A stretch of DNA of 64,000 bases from the NCBI GenBank assembly GCA_964016885.1, contig OZ024742.1, positions 236,840,001-236,904,000 of the forward strand, written 5' to 3'. The notes under the pieces were generated by a model. The model saw only the letters and a list, made by a program, of their open reading frames with translations, did not search any database and was not told the origin of the DNA. Every line of letters begins with the position of its first letter. The first letter of the stretch is position 1. The position numbers and the translations under genes were made by a program. This document shows, piece by piece, positions 26,774 to 39,789 of the stretch. The stretch is from Eledone cirrhosa (lineage: Eukaryota).

Positions 26774-26973
26774 NNNNNNNNNNNNNNNNNNNNNNNNNNN
26801 NNNNNNNNNNNNNNNNNNNNNNNNNNNNNNNNNNNNNNNNNNNNNNNNNNNNNNNNNNNNNNNNNNNNNNNNNNNNNNNNNNNNNNNNNNNNNNNNNNNN
26901 NNNNNNNNNNNNNNNNNNNNNNNNNNNNNNNNNNNNNNNNNNNNNNNNNNNNNNNNNNNNNNNNNNNNNNNNN
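26774..26973. other. Assembly gap (200 N)
   Basis: Run of n. Confidence 1.
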
Positions 26974-26975
26974 TG

Positions 26976-27205
26976 AAGACCCCGACGGCAGAGCTCAAGC
27001 TCTTTCGACGGATATTTATGGACTAAATTAGATTTTTAGCGTGGTAGTAAATAGCCGAACTTTTCAAGGGATAATTCAGTATATGGGGTAATTCCATATA
27101 CGGAATTGCCCCTTGAAAAGTTCGGCTATTTACTACCACGCTAAAAATCTAATTTAGTCCAAAAGTAGCCGTCGAAACGGCTTCAGCTCTGCCGTCGGGG
27201 TCTTG
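26976..27205. mobile_element. Longest family-A element: ~230-bp fold-back with a hammerhead on each arm
   Basis: 26976-27086 is the imperfect reverse complement of 27094-27204. Confidence 0.85.
27108..27201 (+). ncRNA. Type I hammerhead, U3-A8 variant core (UUGAAAA)
   Basis: GCCCC-TTGAAAA(27113-19)-G..CGGCTATTT/AAGTAGCCG.C-GAAA(27174-77)-CGGC-ttcagctct-GCCG-TC-GGGGT. Predicted cut after 27196. Confidence 0.85.
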
Positions 27206-27209
27206 AATA

Positions 27210-27298
<89 letters not shown>

Positions 27299-27415
27299 GT
27301 ACAGGCATTGCTTGTTCAGGATATGTTACAGGTTTGTGTGGCTGGCTGTAGCCTAAAAGTGCACCAAAACTCTATAATCTGACAAGCGATTGCAATACTT
27401 TTAGCAGAGTTTGCA

Positions 27416-27515
<100 letters not shown>

Positions 27516-27697
27516 CATTTGAGAAATAAATTTGATCATAATCTAAGTTAAATGTCTCTCGAATGTCTGTGTGGTTGACGTTATTGGACGGACTGGTGGG
27601 CACCGCTGTGTGCTTCTAGAAATGCCATGTGAAATGTCAACAGGCTGTATTGCTGAAGCTGGAAGTGCAAACACACAAACACACACACACACACACA

Positions 27698-28040
27698 CGC
27701 AAATATACACTCTTACCTCAACATATACACAAACACGGTTATATACACACAGTCAAAGACAGAAATAAACATGTGCACGCGCGCAAACACACACACACAA
27801 ACACACACACATACACACACGCAAATATACACTCTTACCTCAACATATACACAAACACGGTTACATACACACAGTCAAAGACAGAAATAAACATGTGCAC
27901 GCGCGCAAACACACACACACACACACACATATAAATACTCATACAGTCATACACATATACTCACTTACCTCGATATATACACAAGCATGCTTACATAGTC
28001 ACAGTCAAAGACAGAAATAAATATGTGCACGTGCGCACAC
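27698..28040. repeat. ~120-bp tandem repeat, 3 copies
   Basis: cttacctc..acagtcaaagacagaaataaa.atgtgcacg recurs three times. Confidence 0.85.
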
Positions 28041-28051
28041 ACATACAGACA

Positions 28052-28100
<49 letters not shown>

Positions 28101-28729
28101 ACACACACACATACGCACATCGACACACGAGCACTAACATACATACATAACACATACTAAAACACACACATAAACAAACACACATAAGACATATAACCCC
28201 CCACCCCCACCACCCCAAAAAATCGATACATACACACAATCACATTTACACATTCATATACAAACATATTCTCACGCACACATACACACACAAAGAAAAC
28301 CTTAAGAACGACATACACACATACATATAAATCCCACCCACAGTCACATACAGTAACACCCACCCCACCCCCAGGCACACCCACACACCCACACATCTCA
28401 CGCTTCCAACGCACGTTCTAAGATCTATTCACAAAGTGTTTTGATAGAATTTTAATTTTGTTGATATGGTTATTGTTGTTATGGCTCCTCTTCATGATGA
28501 TGATGATGATGGTACTGGTGATGATGATGATGATGATGATGACAATGCAAGGAGGATGGGAAGGGGGAGGAAGCGGTGTAGAATTATGCTGATGATGATC
28601 TCCATCATTATCATCATCACCATAATCTCATGATCAACAGCAGTACCTCCTCCACCCCCTCATCCTCATCCCCCACTTCCTTCTTCTTCTTCTTCTTCTT
28701 CTTCTTCTTCTTCTTCTTCGTTGGTTGGC

Positions 28730-29080
28730 GAGGGCGGTTGATGGGTAGAATCGTTAGAACATCAGACAAAATATTTTGCGATATTTAGTTACGACCTTCT
28801 ACGTTCCGAGTTCAAATCCCACTGAAGTCAATTTGGCATTTCATCCTTCCGTGATCGATAAAATAAAGTACCAATCAAGTACTAGGCTCGATATAATCAA
28901 CTTTTCATTTTTGCTGAAATTACTGGTCGTGTTCCAATATTAGGAACAATTATTATTACCTGAGTTCAAATCCCTCCGAGGTTAACTTTACCTTTCATCC
29001 TTACGGGGGTCGATAAAATAAAGTACCAGTAATGTACTGAGTAATTGCTGGCCTTGTGCCAAAAGTAGAAACAATTATTA
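28730..29080 (+). mobile_element. Two tandem SINE family 1 copies (older full copy plus younger truncated copy)
   Basis: Two B-box and core units joined by a (TTA)n tail. Confidence 0.8.
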
Positions 29081-29901
29081 CGTTGATGAGAGTGGTAGAT
29101 TGGCAGAATCATTACAGTGACAGACAAAATACTTTCCGGAATTTAGTTGCTGAAAATGGAAAAGGAGGCGCCAGATACTAACAACCGGTCTTAACTGCTG
29201 CAGCTTCCTGTCATATCACAATACCTTCCGTCAATGCTTCGAGGATAGCCAGAGCTGTATAATCCCTAGTACTTAGTCTATCAAGCCCGACAAAACGAAA
29301 TATACAATCGATCTGGATGAGATTTGAACTCACAGCCTAGCTGACTGTAATTAAAATACAAATAAAATCTATCCATCCATGGGCTCTCGATTCCTGAAGG
29401 TGAGAGAAGGGTGCCGTTGTAACATACGTTGAGTTTCGGGCATTTAACTTAAGGTGAGAAGGTATCCCTCACCGACCTTGTCCCATAGTGTCGCACTCAA
29501 TCTCCCTGAGAACTACGTTAAGGTTAGACATGTCTGCGGAATGTTTAGACACTTGTAAGTTAATTTAATAAGCAGGCTGTTCCGTTGTTCGAACAACTGG
29601 AACGCTCATCATCGGGACCGAAGAAGGTCCAACACACATGGTGTAATTGTTTTATAAGAATGAGATTGAAGACTACCTGAAAGCTGAAACATATAAATGG
29701 TATGTCAACAGAAGTAGTGTAATAACCTAATTTATCCTTCAACTCTCTGTGTCGTGTCTGTGTTACAGAGATCTGTTACTTTTACTACTTCTAAGATTGT
29801 GTAGTACCATTGAATTGTACAGACTCGTCAAAAGAGAAGAGGAATGTAACGATAATACTATACAAATAATATTTAGTATGGAATTCTGAGGTATTTGGTG
29901 T

Positions 29902-30050
29902 CGTAATTGTTATGGAATTGATATGGAATAGTGTAGTATTTGTTACGTAATTGTTATGGAATTGATATGGAATAGTGTAGTATTTGTTACGGAATTGTTA
30001 TGGAATTGATATGGAATAGTGTAGTATTTGTTACGGAATTGGTATGGAAT
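29902..30050. repeat. 44-bp minisatellite, ~3.4 copies
   Basis: Unit cg(t/g)aattgttatggaattgatatggaatagtgtagtatttgtta. Confidence 0.9.
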
Positions 30051-32261
30051 AATATACAGAATTGGTCTAATTTAATAACTACTAAGTAAATGAGTTTTGT
30101 CTATTTGTGTATGAAGGCGTAAAGGTAAATTAAATAACACTTATATCATAATGGAGTCGTAGGAGTGCTGTTCTGATACACAACTTATTTCGGTTGTTTG
30201 AAACCTTGCGAAGCCCATCCCTCTTCAGGTCGATACTCAGCCAATTTCTTCCAGAAAAAAAAAAGAGATTGAGAAAGAGAAATGGATAAAAAAACAAACA
30301 AAGGAAGAACGAACCCTACTACTGTACTGGCACTTTATTTATCGGCCTCAAAAGGATGAAAGACAAAGTTGACTCCGGCAGTATTTGAATTCAGAGTTCA
30401 GTGAACCGGAACAATCCGACGTCCTAATGACTCCGCCCAATTGCTACATTCTATGAATGTGAATGTATGTTGTATAACCATACACCTTCATGATAGTGCA
30501 TGTATCATATCAACATACAATTTTGCATAGTGAAGCAAGACTGCTTTCGGGTCGCGGAGTGGGAATCACTTCTCAAAATACAAGTGAGGCTTCTTATGAG
30601 TGGAAGGAGGCAACCAGTTATTCGATTAACTGAAGGTCTAACTTGTTAATAAACGAGCAAGTTATTGAGTTTTGTGCATCTTTAACGTAATTCCAACGCC
30701 GAATCAATGTGACACCGTAGGTGACAAGACTGATCCTTTGAATTTCAGATACATTTCATCCAATGGGCTTCCACAAAGTTTCCGTCTTCCCAATTTCTCT
30801 GACATGGTTTGAATCAATTTGATGCTAAAAATGGTAAAAGATACTTGCTTAAGATACCACGTTCGGGGTTAGAACCCAGAATTTCATGACTTATAAGCAA
30901 GCTTCGTAACTATTCCGCTACACTGCGATTACTTTAACTTATAACATTCTACAACGATTTTGCAGAAAATGTCTTGAAACAGGTTTGTTAATTCAAATGT
31001 TTATGGTAACTTTACTTATGAAGAGATCGTTGTGAAATTCATATTAACCCAAAGACATTGCGAGTTGAAGTGATGCCGTCTATGGTGCCGTCAATGATAC
31101 TAAAAATAATGTTTTATGTGCCAGATTGTAAATTTATTGCACAATGATTAGAGTTCTTACTTTAGAGAATTCATTGCTGTTTTGTGAGAGTGACATGCTC
31201 GTGCGCTTTCATGTGGTACAGGACGTTAAACATTAAGACTAGAACATCTGAAGAACTAGAAAAATCAGAGGAAATCACAGTAGATAGCAGATCTAAAGAA
31301 ATAGCTGATCTATAGAAATAATTATAGAATTTGTAGTTAAGTACCTGAAATACATAGCTTTAGAAATAGCAGAGCTGAATAAACAGCCACAGAAATAGAT
31401 TATCAGAAAACGATATCTTATTTGAAATGTTGCTGAATGGATCGATTCTCATGAGGATAGCAGGGTAGAAAATATTAAATTACTCTGGCAATACAAACGG
31501 TTATCACTTGCACTCTAAAATGACTTGGTATCCATGTAGTCTCTATCATTAGAGACGCTGTCTCGATCCTCTTAGTCACGGCCCTATTGAACATCCAGGA
31601 TGCGACAGCTAGGGGGAGAAAAGCCTGGACATACATTCGGATGGCACTTTCTTTATTGACCCCCGCAAAATTGAAAAACAACATAGCCTTGTGTAGGTTT
31701 GAATTCAAGGTACAGAGACTCGGAGCCTGTAGAAATATCGCAATGAAGATGAAGGATAGCAGAGTAGAAAACGTTAAATTGCTCCAGCAATAATACGGCC
31801 ATCAATTGCAATCGAATATAAGTATCAGCATGTACCTTGCTTTTGTTAATGGTTCCAATTCCGGTGTTGTCACGAGAAGACACAGGTACATTTGGGCCCT
31901 TCTAGTATTGCTCCTACAGAACATCCAAGATGTGGAAACTAAAGGAAAAGGAGGGCACGGGTACTGGTATTTTGTTTATCGATCTCGAGAGTTTGAAAGG
32001 TAAATGAGCAGAAAAGATTCTTGATATCCATGTCGACGCACACAGACATGAACATTTCTCAACTATAACTTATTGTGATCGACTATTATTATGACCATTT
32101 CCGCGTTGAGAGGACTACATTTCAAATGTTCCCAAAGCTTCTTAAGTCAACCGGATTTTAAACTAAAATATTTTATTAAAGGTCTTTATATAATATATTG
32201 TTATATAAACAACTTGAATGGCAGACGTTTGGTAAATAACTGCATTTACATGAGTGAATGC

Positions 32262-32595
32262 ACGTGGCATAGTGGTTAGGGTGTTCCGCTCCCGATCGTT
32301 TTTTGGTCAGTTCGATTCCTAGGAGAGCGTGTGTCTTTTAGACACGTCGTTTCACAATGATCCAGTCTATTCAGCTGGCAAAAAATCTGTTGTACTAGGA
32401 ATTCAAAGCGCTAGCCTTCTCCCTCACTGTAAAACACTGAGTCGTCCTGAGAACTGCGTTAAGTGTACACGTGTTTGTGGAATACTCAGCTATTCGTGTG
32501 TAAATTTCACGAGCAGGTTGTTCCGTTGACCGAACAACTAGAACACTTACTCATCGCTGCAACAGACGAAGGACCAACAAAGACAACAACAACCA
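32262..32595 (+). mobile_element. SINE family 2 (tRNA head, ~320 bp, (CAA)n tail); copies at ~57530-57840(-) and ~57890-58210(+), partials at ~29500-29630, ~30640-30745 and ~52900-53050
   Basis: A box TGGCATAGTGG, B box GTTCGATTCC and shared body GAGCAGGCTGTTCCGTTG..CAACTGGAAC. Confidence 0.8.
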
Positions 32596-33112
32596 CAATC
32601 ACATTTGCAAGGGTCCTTAGTTTAATTCCAGCTTTCTCTTTCTATTTATAGTCGAAGTTATGGCCGAGTGGTGAAAAATTTTGCATGGTAATCACAATGT
32701 CCAGTGATAGATCTCATTCAATGGAAACTTGTGCAAGTGACTTAAAATAGCGCCCAGTCGTCCCAGGCCTGGTAAGTGGAATTAGGGTGAAATAGAAACT
32801 GTAGGAAAAACTGTTTGAGGAAATTTTTCTTTAATTAAAAACATCTGCTTTGCCACACATTGGGTCACTCTAATATGGCTCACCGGCTACGATAAGGGTA
32901 TATGGTGTCTGGATCTTCATTTTATCAAACAATTGATTGCTCATTGCCGTAACTGATGTATAACTTTGTGTGCGTATGCATATTGATCACACTGTTGGTC
33001 AGATGAAACCACTGAATGCCTTTCGTCGAAATCAACAAAGAACCCACCATACATATCATGTGTGTGTGAGAGAGTGTGCGTGTGTACCTGAGTGTGTGTG
33101 TGTATCTGAACG

Positions 33113-33166
<54 letters not shown>

Positions 33167-33516
33167 CATGGTTCCATGTTTCCATACTCCAAATTTTGAA
33201 GTAGCAACCGTGATCTACGTTTCAAAGGCGTTACGCAATAGTTACATAAGTCTAATACGCCATCATCAGACCTGAGTTCATAAAGTAGGTGATATCCAGA
33301 CTCCAGGACATTAGTTCTTGATTGTCCAAAATTCAGTTAATCTACCGTAATTCCGTCGGACACTGGTCTACGTGATAATCTATCTCACTTACATAGGCAC
33401 AACAAATGTGGAGTGCTTCATACTGATTACACCACAATTAATTGATTGCAGTATTAAAATACAACACTGACAATCAACTATCATCGATATTAAAACAAAT
33501 ATATGTATTAGAACAG

Positions 33517-34265
33517 TATATTGCTAATATAAAGTATGTAATATTTCCTTGTTCTAACAGATTATTTGTTGTATATACTTTTTGTACAAGATATCTAAAT
33601 TACTGTACCAATAAAGATATCTTGTGAGTTCTCTCTGTTTCGGAAATCTTAGCGCCCCTACACCGAGGGGTTCTTGGGCAGTAAGTCTATATATATATAT
33701 ATTCTATATAGCGATATCTAGATTTTATATATTCCCATGTTCAAATGCATAGGTTGAGTGCTTCACCGAGGGTATGGTTCTATATTTAGCACTACCCTCT
33801 GCCTTCCACTCTCAAAGAATGTAGCAGTCCGTGTCAGTTCACCTGTTTGGGTTTTGTCTCAGACTTATCCGTGGACAGTTGATATCTTATGTATTTAGCT
33901 AATTAATTAGTTGATTAATTAATCAATTGATTGATTAAGATTGGTTCACTGACGAAAGTTTTTATCTTGGTGTGCTAATTATCCATTTAATAGTGGCAAT
34001 TATCACGTTTCTTCAGATCCCAAAATAGCGGCCATCTGTGCATGGAGTAGAAATATATATTGCTAATATAAGTAATATTTCATTGATCTAATTGATTATA
34101 TGTTCTATGTGTTTTTTGTAGAAGATATTTAAATTGTTGTACCAATAACAATATCTTTTGCGTTCCCCCTGTTTTGGACATGTTAGAGCCTTTACGTTGA
34201 AGGGTTATTGGTTAGCAAGTCGGTATATAATATTTTTTATATAATATTTTTTATATACCGATATC
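33517..34265. repeat. Diverged ~200-bp direct repeats 540 bp apart
   Basis: tatattgctaatata..tgtaccaataa..cgatatct at 33517-33720 and 34057-34266. Confidence 0.7.
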
Positions 34266-34425
34266 TTTCTTACTTTAATAAATATATAATAGATAGATAG
34301 ATAGAAAGATAGAGAGAGAGAAAGAGAGGGGGTGGAGAAGAGAAAATGAGCGTGAGAAATAGATGTTTAAATACCTAGAAAGATGGAAATTTAAAAGTTA
34401 TAAAATGATCCATAACACACACATG

Positions 34426-34491
<66 letters not shown>

Positions 34492-34492
34492 A

Positions 34493-34521
34493 ATATCCTT
34501 TTCCCCGTCTAACATCCCACT

Positions 34522-34555
<34 letters not shown>

Positions 34556-34717
34556 TCTATCTCTCTATCTCTTTCTTGCATATATACACACACACATATA
34601 TACAGTATATATATATATATATACACTGTATATATATGTGTGTGTGTGTATATATATGCAAGAAAGAGAGAGAGGGGAGAGAGAGAGAAGTGGGATGTTA
34701 GACGAGGAAAAGGATAT
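34493..34717. repeat. ~225-bp palindrome centred on (TA)n
   Basis: atatccttttcc.cgtctaacatcccacttc(tc)n .. (ga)n gaagtgggatgttagacg.ggaaaaggatat. Confidence 0.88.
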
Positions 34718-35138
34718 ACAGTGGAAAGAAAGGAAACAAAGGTTAGCTCTGATCGAGCATATTGTGAGAAGTTATGCAATTAATACATATTAGGTGCATC
34801 AGCTAAGAAGTATATATGGACATTGTCAGAAAAGGTAAATCCGTCTTAAACAGCGACGAAGTCTTCTAGATATAGAATCACTGTGTCTGTTTGTGTGTGT
34901 ATCTGTTTGTCAGACTGTGTATGTCTGCCTGTCTGAGTATATGTTTGTTTGCGTGTGTTTGTGTATTTGTGTGTCTGTGTGTCTGTGTGTATAACTGTGT
35001 GTATCTGTCAGTCTGTTTGTTCGTATGTATGTGTGATGTATGTGTGTGTGTGTGTGACTGTGTGTATGTTTCTGGGCTTGAGTGTGTGCTTATGCGTGAG
35101 CGTGTGTTTGTTTGTGTGTGTGTGTGTTTGTGTGTGTG

Positions 35139-35226
<88 letters not shown>

Positions 35227-35810
35227 TGTGTGTGAGTGTGTGGTCGTTGATCAGTGAGAAAAATGGAAGAAGACGAGATACAACTATTGATGTAGTGATG
35301 TCTTCTTCGGTATAGTTGTTGGCTTCACACAATGGATTGGTTTCTATAAGAGATCGATAACTGATGAGACAGAACAGACAGCAACGAAGAGGAGAAGGAG
35401 GGGGAGGAATAGGAAGAAGAAAAGGTCGAGAGGGAACTGGACACAAACGTGTATGGATATAGTATATAGTATGTATTGTGTGGTAGGTGGAGGGGGGAGT
35501 TTTAGTAGCTGAATTGAATTCTCACAACATTGATATATGAGAAACAGGTAGAGAGATTGATATTAATATTCAATCTCGCGGACACGGACACACACACACA
35601 CACACACACACACGCACCCCCCCCCCACACACACATATATACACATACACAAACACACATGCACACACATATATTTATATACACACACACAAATACCTAT
35701 ATATTAAGGAATGTTTGTGCCATTGTGACATTGATAGGCATTCACACAAGTGTGTATGTATGCATACGTATGTACGTGTATAAATGAATGAATGTGTGTG
35801 TATGTATGTA

Positions 35811-36643
35811 ATCAGGTAAAGCGACTGTGGTCAGTGTCCGCACGAAAGTTGAGGTGTATCATGTAAGGTATGCGTGTTTACAGGCTTGCTGTATGAATGT
35901 GACATGGACAACATACTGTAGGCATATTCAGCACCTCAAACGTTTCCACCAACAATGCTTGGGCCCCTACCTCAATATCTCATGGTGGTCTCATACACGA
36001 GGTACTGGTCTACAGCAGGGAGGGGGGCTGTCTGCCAAGCATCGAAATCAAGATCATGAAACAACATCTCCGGTGGTTAGGTCTCTGAGTACGCTTAGAG
36101 GACAGCAAACTCCCCAAACAATTATTGTATGGAGAGCTGTTGCAAGGCAAACGCCTGCAGTACAAGAGCTTTGAAGGTTGTCTGAAGGAGATCAACATCA
36201 ATACCGAAATATGGGAAAACCTTGCAACAGACTAAGCTCAGTGGCGAAATCTGATTATTATCGAAGCTGAGAGCCTATGCTGAATTGATGGGAGATGTTA
36301 ATCCGCTCCCAGCCCAAAGTTCGAAAAAGACTCTTACCTGCGAGGGATCTGAACCTGTATGCATGTCAAGGCTGTGTTACTAAGCCATAGCAGATGTTAT
36401 GCGCGTGACATCTGTACCAAATTGTGGTACAGATGGACTAAACATCGCACCACAAATCATCTCATACGAATCAAACTTAAGCAAGCAGGAAACTTTCCTG
36501 CACACTGTGTGGTATGACATGTAAGTCACTTCTCGGTGTGATGAGCTCTCTTAGGTGACATCAGCGACATCCAGATCATCTTTGTCAATGCCTGCTTCTT
36601 TTTCTGAGAAGTGGCCATACTCGGACACGAGTTGGCTTCCACT
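35811..36643 (+). mobile_element. 5'-truncated RTE LINE between (TATG)n tracts
   Basis: RHIQHLKRFHQQCL and LEDSKLPKQLLYGEL. Terminus GGCCATACTCG..ACGAGTTGGC then (ATGT)n. Confidence 0.8.
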
Positions 36644-36726
36644 ATGTATGTATGTATGTATGTATGTATGTATGTATGTATGTATGTATGTATGTATGTA
36701 TGTATGTATGTATGTATGTATGTATG

Positions 36727-37358
36727 TCACTCTTGAGTGCCACTGGTAACATGTAACCCAGTACAACCTGTCGAATGGTGGGGTCGTCGGCGACTAAATT
36801 GGCAACCCCACCAAGTTTACTTGGTGAGGAGGGTGATTTTGGAGACCCTGCAGGACAAAAAATAACCCTGACAAAGGGTGGAAGAACTCATAAAAGTCAA
36901 CGACCATCCAAAAATGTGTAAATATGTACATGCATGTATACATGTGTATATATGTATATATAAATGTATATATGTATGTGCATGTGTGCATGTGTATATA
37001 TATTAGCGCGAGGGCATAGAAATAATCGGGCTGGATACTCAATCGCGCGGTTAACGACTGGGAGTGAAGGACCCTAGCCTTTTCTAGGGCATTCTTCTAG
37101 GAGAAGGCAACTCAGGAAACTGGGATAACTCCGACATAAAATCTGCGACTCAGTAGTTACCGATGATGTTGATATTTTCTTCTTTTATAGCTTTTATAGC
37201 TACTGTCGCTCAGAGAGTAGGATTGGCTCAGTGCACAGTCTTCCCACGCTTAAAAAAAGTTTCCATGCACAGGCATTGCACGATAGCATTAATTGATAAC
37301 TATTAATAATGTTATATCGTGCAATGGCCATAATCGATAACGAGGGGGCAGCCATCAT
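36727..37358 (+). mobile_element. Non-autonomous bipartite RTE derivative, copy 1
   Basis: Colinear with 37384-37978. Has the RTE-type 5'UTR motif CTAGGAGAAGG(A/C)AACTC and the family 3' terminus, with (TATG)n on both sides. Confidence 0.75.
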
Positions 37359-37383
37359 GTATGTATGTATGTATGTATGTATG

Positions 37384-37978
37384 GTCACCAGTTGGTGCTA
37401 CTGGTAACATGTATCCCAGTACAACCTGTCCCATGGTCGGGTCGTTGGCGACTAAACTGGCAACCCCACCAAGGTTTCTTGGTGAGGAGGGTGACTTTGG
37501 ACATCCTGCAGGACTAAAAACAAAACCTGTCAAAGGGCAAAGGAGCTCTTAAGAGTCAATGGCCATCCAAAATCACTGCGAGAGATGACCCCTTAACCTT
37601 TGTCAAGGCAGAATTCTAGGAGAAGGAAAACTCTGATATAACACCTGCAACCCTGATGGTATCCAATGATGTTGACTTGTTCTTCTTTTTGGTAAATATC
37701 ATCTTGGTTAAGAGAGTGGGACTGGCTTTGTGCAGTGCCTTTGCTCACTATAAAAGCTTCACGGCACAGGCATTGCTTTATATCTGGAGATCTCTCTGCA
37801 CTTGTCGTCACATGGTACCAAGGGCCCAGCACTAATTGTCACAAGTGTAGTGTTTGTACCAGAGTTTTCAAGTCGCAGGCTGGACTAAAAATTCACACTC
37901 GTTCAGCGCATCGGTAGGGGTTCTCCTACATGGATATAAAGTAGTGGCCGTACTCGAAAACGAGTTGGCAACCACCAT
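37384..37978 (+). mobile_element. Non-autonomous bipartite RTE derivative, copy 2
   Basis: 5'UTR joined to a terminal C2H2 finger (CSVCTRVFKSQAGLKIHTRSAH) and the 3' terminus, with (TATG)n on both sides. Confidence 0.78.
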
Positions 37979-38292
37979 GTATGTATGTATGTATGTATGT
38001 ATGTATGTATGTATGTATGTATGTGCAATACATTTTAGATCATTGGCTGGGCTAAAAAGCCACATTCGATCGCAGCGCTGTTAATTGCTATCGTGTGTAG
38101 ATATGTTTGTGTGTGCCCGTGAATGTATATCTATATATATGTATATTATTATTGTTGTTATTGTTGTCGTTATTATTATTGTTATTATTATTATTGTTAT
38201 TATTATGGGGTTTTTTTCTCGTGCAATGGCCATACTCGATAACGGGGTGGGGGTGGGGGCAGCCATCATCATGTATATATGTATGTATGTAT

Positions 38293-38690
38293 GTGGGTGC
38301 GGTCACGTTATACGGATGTCTGATGATCGTATTCCAAAGCAACTTCTCTACGGTGAACTGTGCAAAGAAAGGCGACCACCACACAAACCAAAGATACGGT
38401 ACCGGGACTGTGTAAGGGGCACATTGGCTTGCGTTGGAATTTCATCTGGTGAATGGGAGCAAATGGCTGAGGAGCGTGTGAAGTGGAGACATTTGATCAA
38501 ATCAGGTGATCACTTTGAAACTCGTCAAAGGGAACACCAAACACTGAAAATAAGGTGAAGAAAAGGGATTGTTCTGAACGGCTTGCTGTTGAACGACATC
38601 TAGTTTGCCAGCACTGTGGTTGTCTGCCTGAACAAAGCTGGTCTGATAAAACACGAACAAAGTCGTATCAGCTTAGGGGAGAGAATAGAC
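38293..38690 (+). mobile_element. RTE LINE 3' fragment starting in (TATG)n
   Basis: GHVIRMSDDRIPKQLLYGEL..PKIRYRDCV..W. Confidence 0.85.
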
Positions 38691-39201
38691 CAACACTGGG
38701 GTGAACTAAAATGACAAAATCAGTTCGGCAACTGAAATAGAACTGAGAAAACAGAGGCTGAACAGAAAAGATGAATGGAATAACAACAACAGCAACAACC
38801 ATACACAAACAAACAATAGTGACCTAAGATAAATATAAATAAAATACACAGGTAAAATAACAACAACCGCACATAAACACGCACTAGTGACCAAAGATAG
38901 AATACAAACACACACAGACTCAGACAGAAAACACACAGAAAAACGCATGCGCAGAGATATGTAGAAATAATTTTACATCGGTCATTTGTTTTCATTGTTA
39001 GTACAAAACAGTATTTGGTATCACGTTGATGTGGTGAGCTTTTCCATATTTGTTTTGATAATTCAACAAGATAATGAGTTAACAATAAGGTTCTAATGCC
39101 AAGTTCATTGCATTGTTGTTTCAGTGCTGGCTTTGTTAACGAGTAGCAAACAAGCTGGTTTTCATCAAGTTCCATCCGATATTATAAAGTTATGAAATAA
39201 T

Positions 39202-39389
39202 TGTTTATAATTTTGGCACAAGGCCAGCAATTATCCCAGCGCATTACTGGTACTTTCTTTTATCGACCCCGTAAGGATGAAAGGCAAAGTTAACCTTGGC
39301 GAGTTTTGAACTCAGACCGTAAAGGGGCGTAACACTATGCTGCAAAGCATGGCGTCCTACCCTCTACCGATACTGCCAGTCCACCGCCC
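39202..39389 (-). mobile_element. SINE family 1 with a 17-bp TSD
   Basis: taaagttatgaaataat at 39185-39201 and 39390-39406. Confidence 0.92.
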
Positions 39390-39789
39390 TAAAGTTATGA
39401 AATAATATTCTTGTCTTTTGCTTTTCATAACCTGAATGGATTCAGGCTCGTTAAAATAAAATTGATTGATTGATTTTGCTTTTCATTTTCCACGGCGAAT
39501 AAGAAAAGGAAAATCAGAAAGGTCAATTGGCTGCTTGAGAAAAAGCCAGAGGGGGAAGTTACCTCAGACTCGACCGCCATTCCCTACCACCACCACCACC
39601 ACCACCAAACAACAAGCGCTCTTGTGATTTCTCTACATTTGTGTTAAACTTGGCGCGACAATTTTAGTTGCCATAAAATTACTAGCCAGAAGATCCAGGG
39701 AAGTGTAGAGAAAAGAAAATGTCTCTATATAAAAAAAAAAAATGTCTCTGTAAAAAAAAAAAAAAAAAAACGTCGGCACTTAAATCGAG

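Noticed and set aside
31450-31960. Diverged ~300-bp duplicated blocks, with related snippets at ~17070 and ~55230
   Set aside because: Too decayed to define boundaries or class by eye.
32262-32325. tRNA genes at A/B-box motifs
   Set aside because: No complete cloverleaf, and each continues into a SINE body.
37835-37915. Host C2H2 zinc-finger gene
   Set aside because: A single finger immediately upstream of an RTE 3' terminus; it is part of the retroelement.
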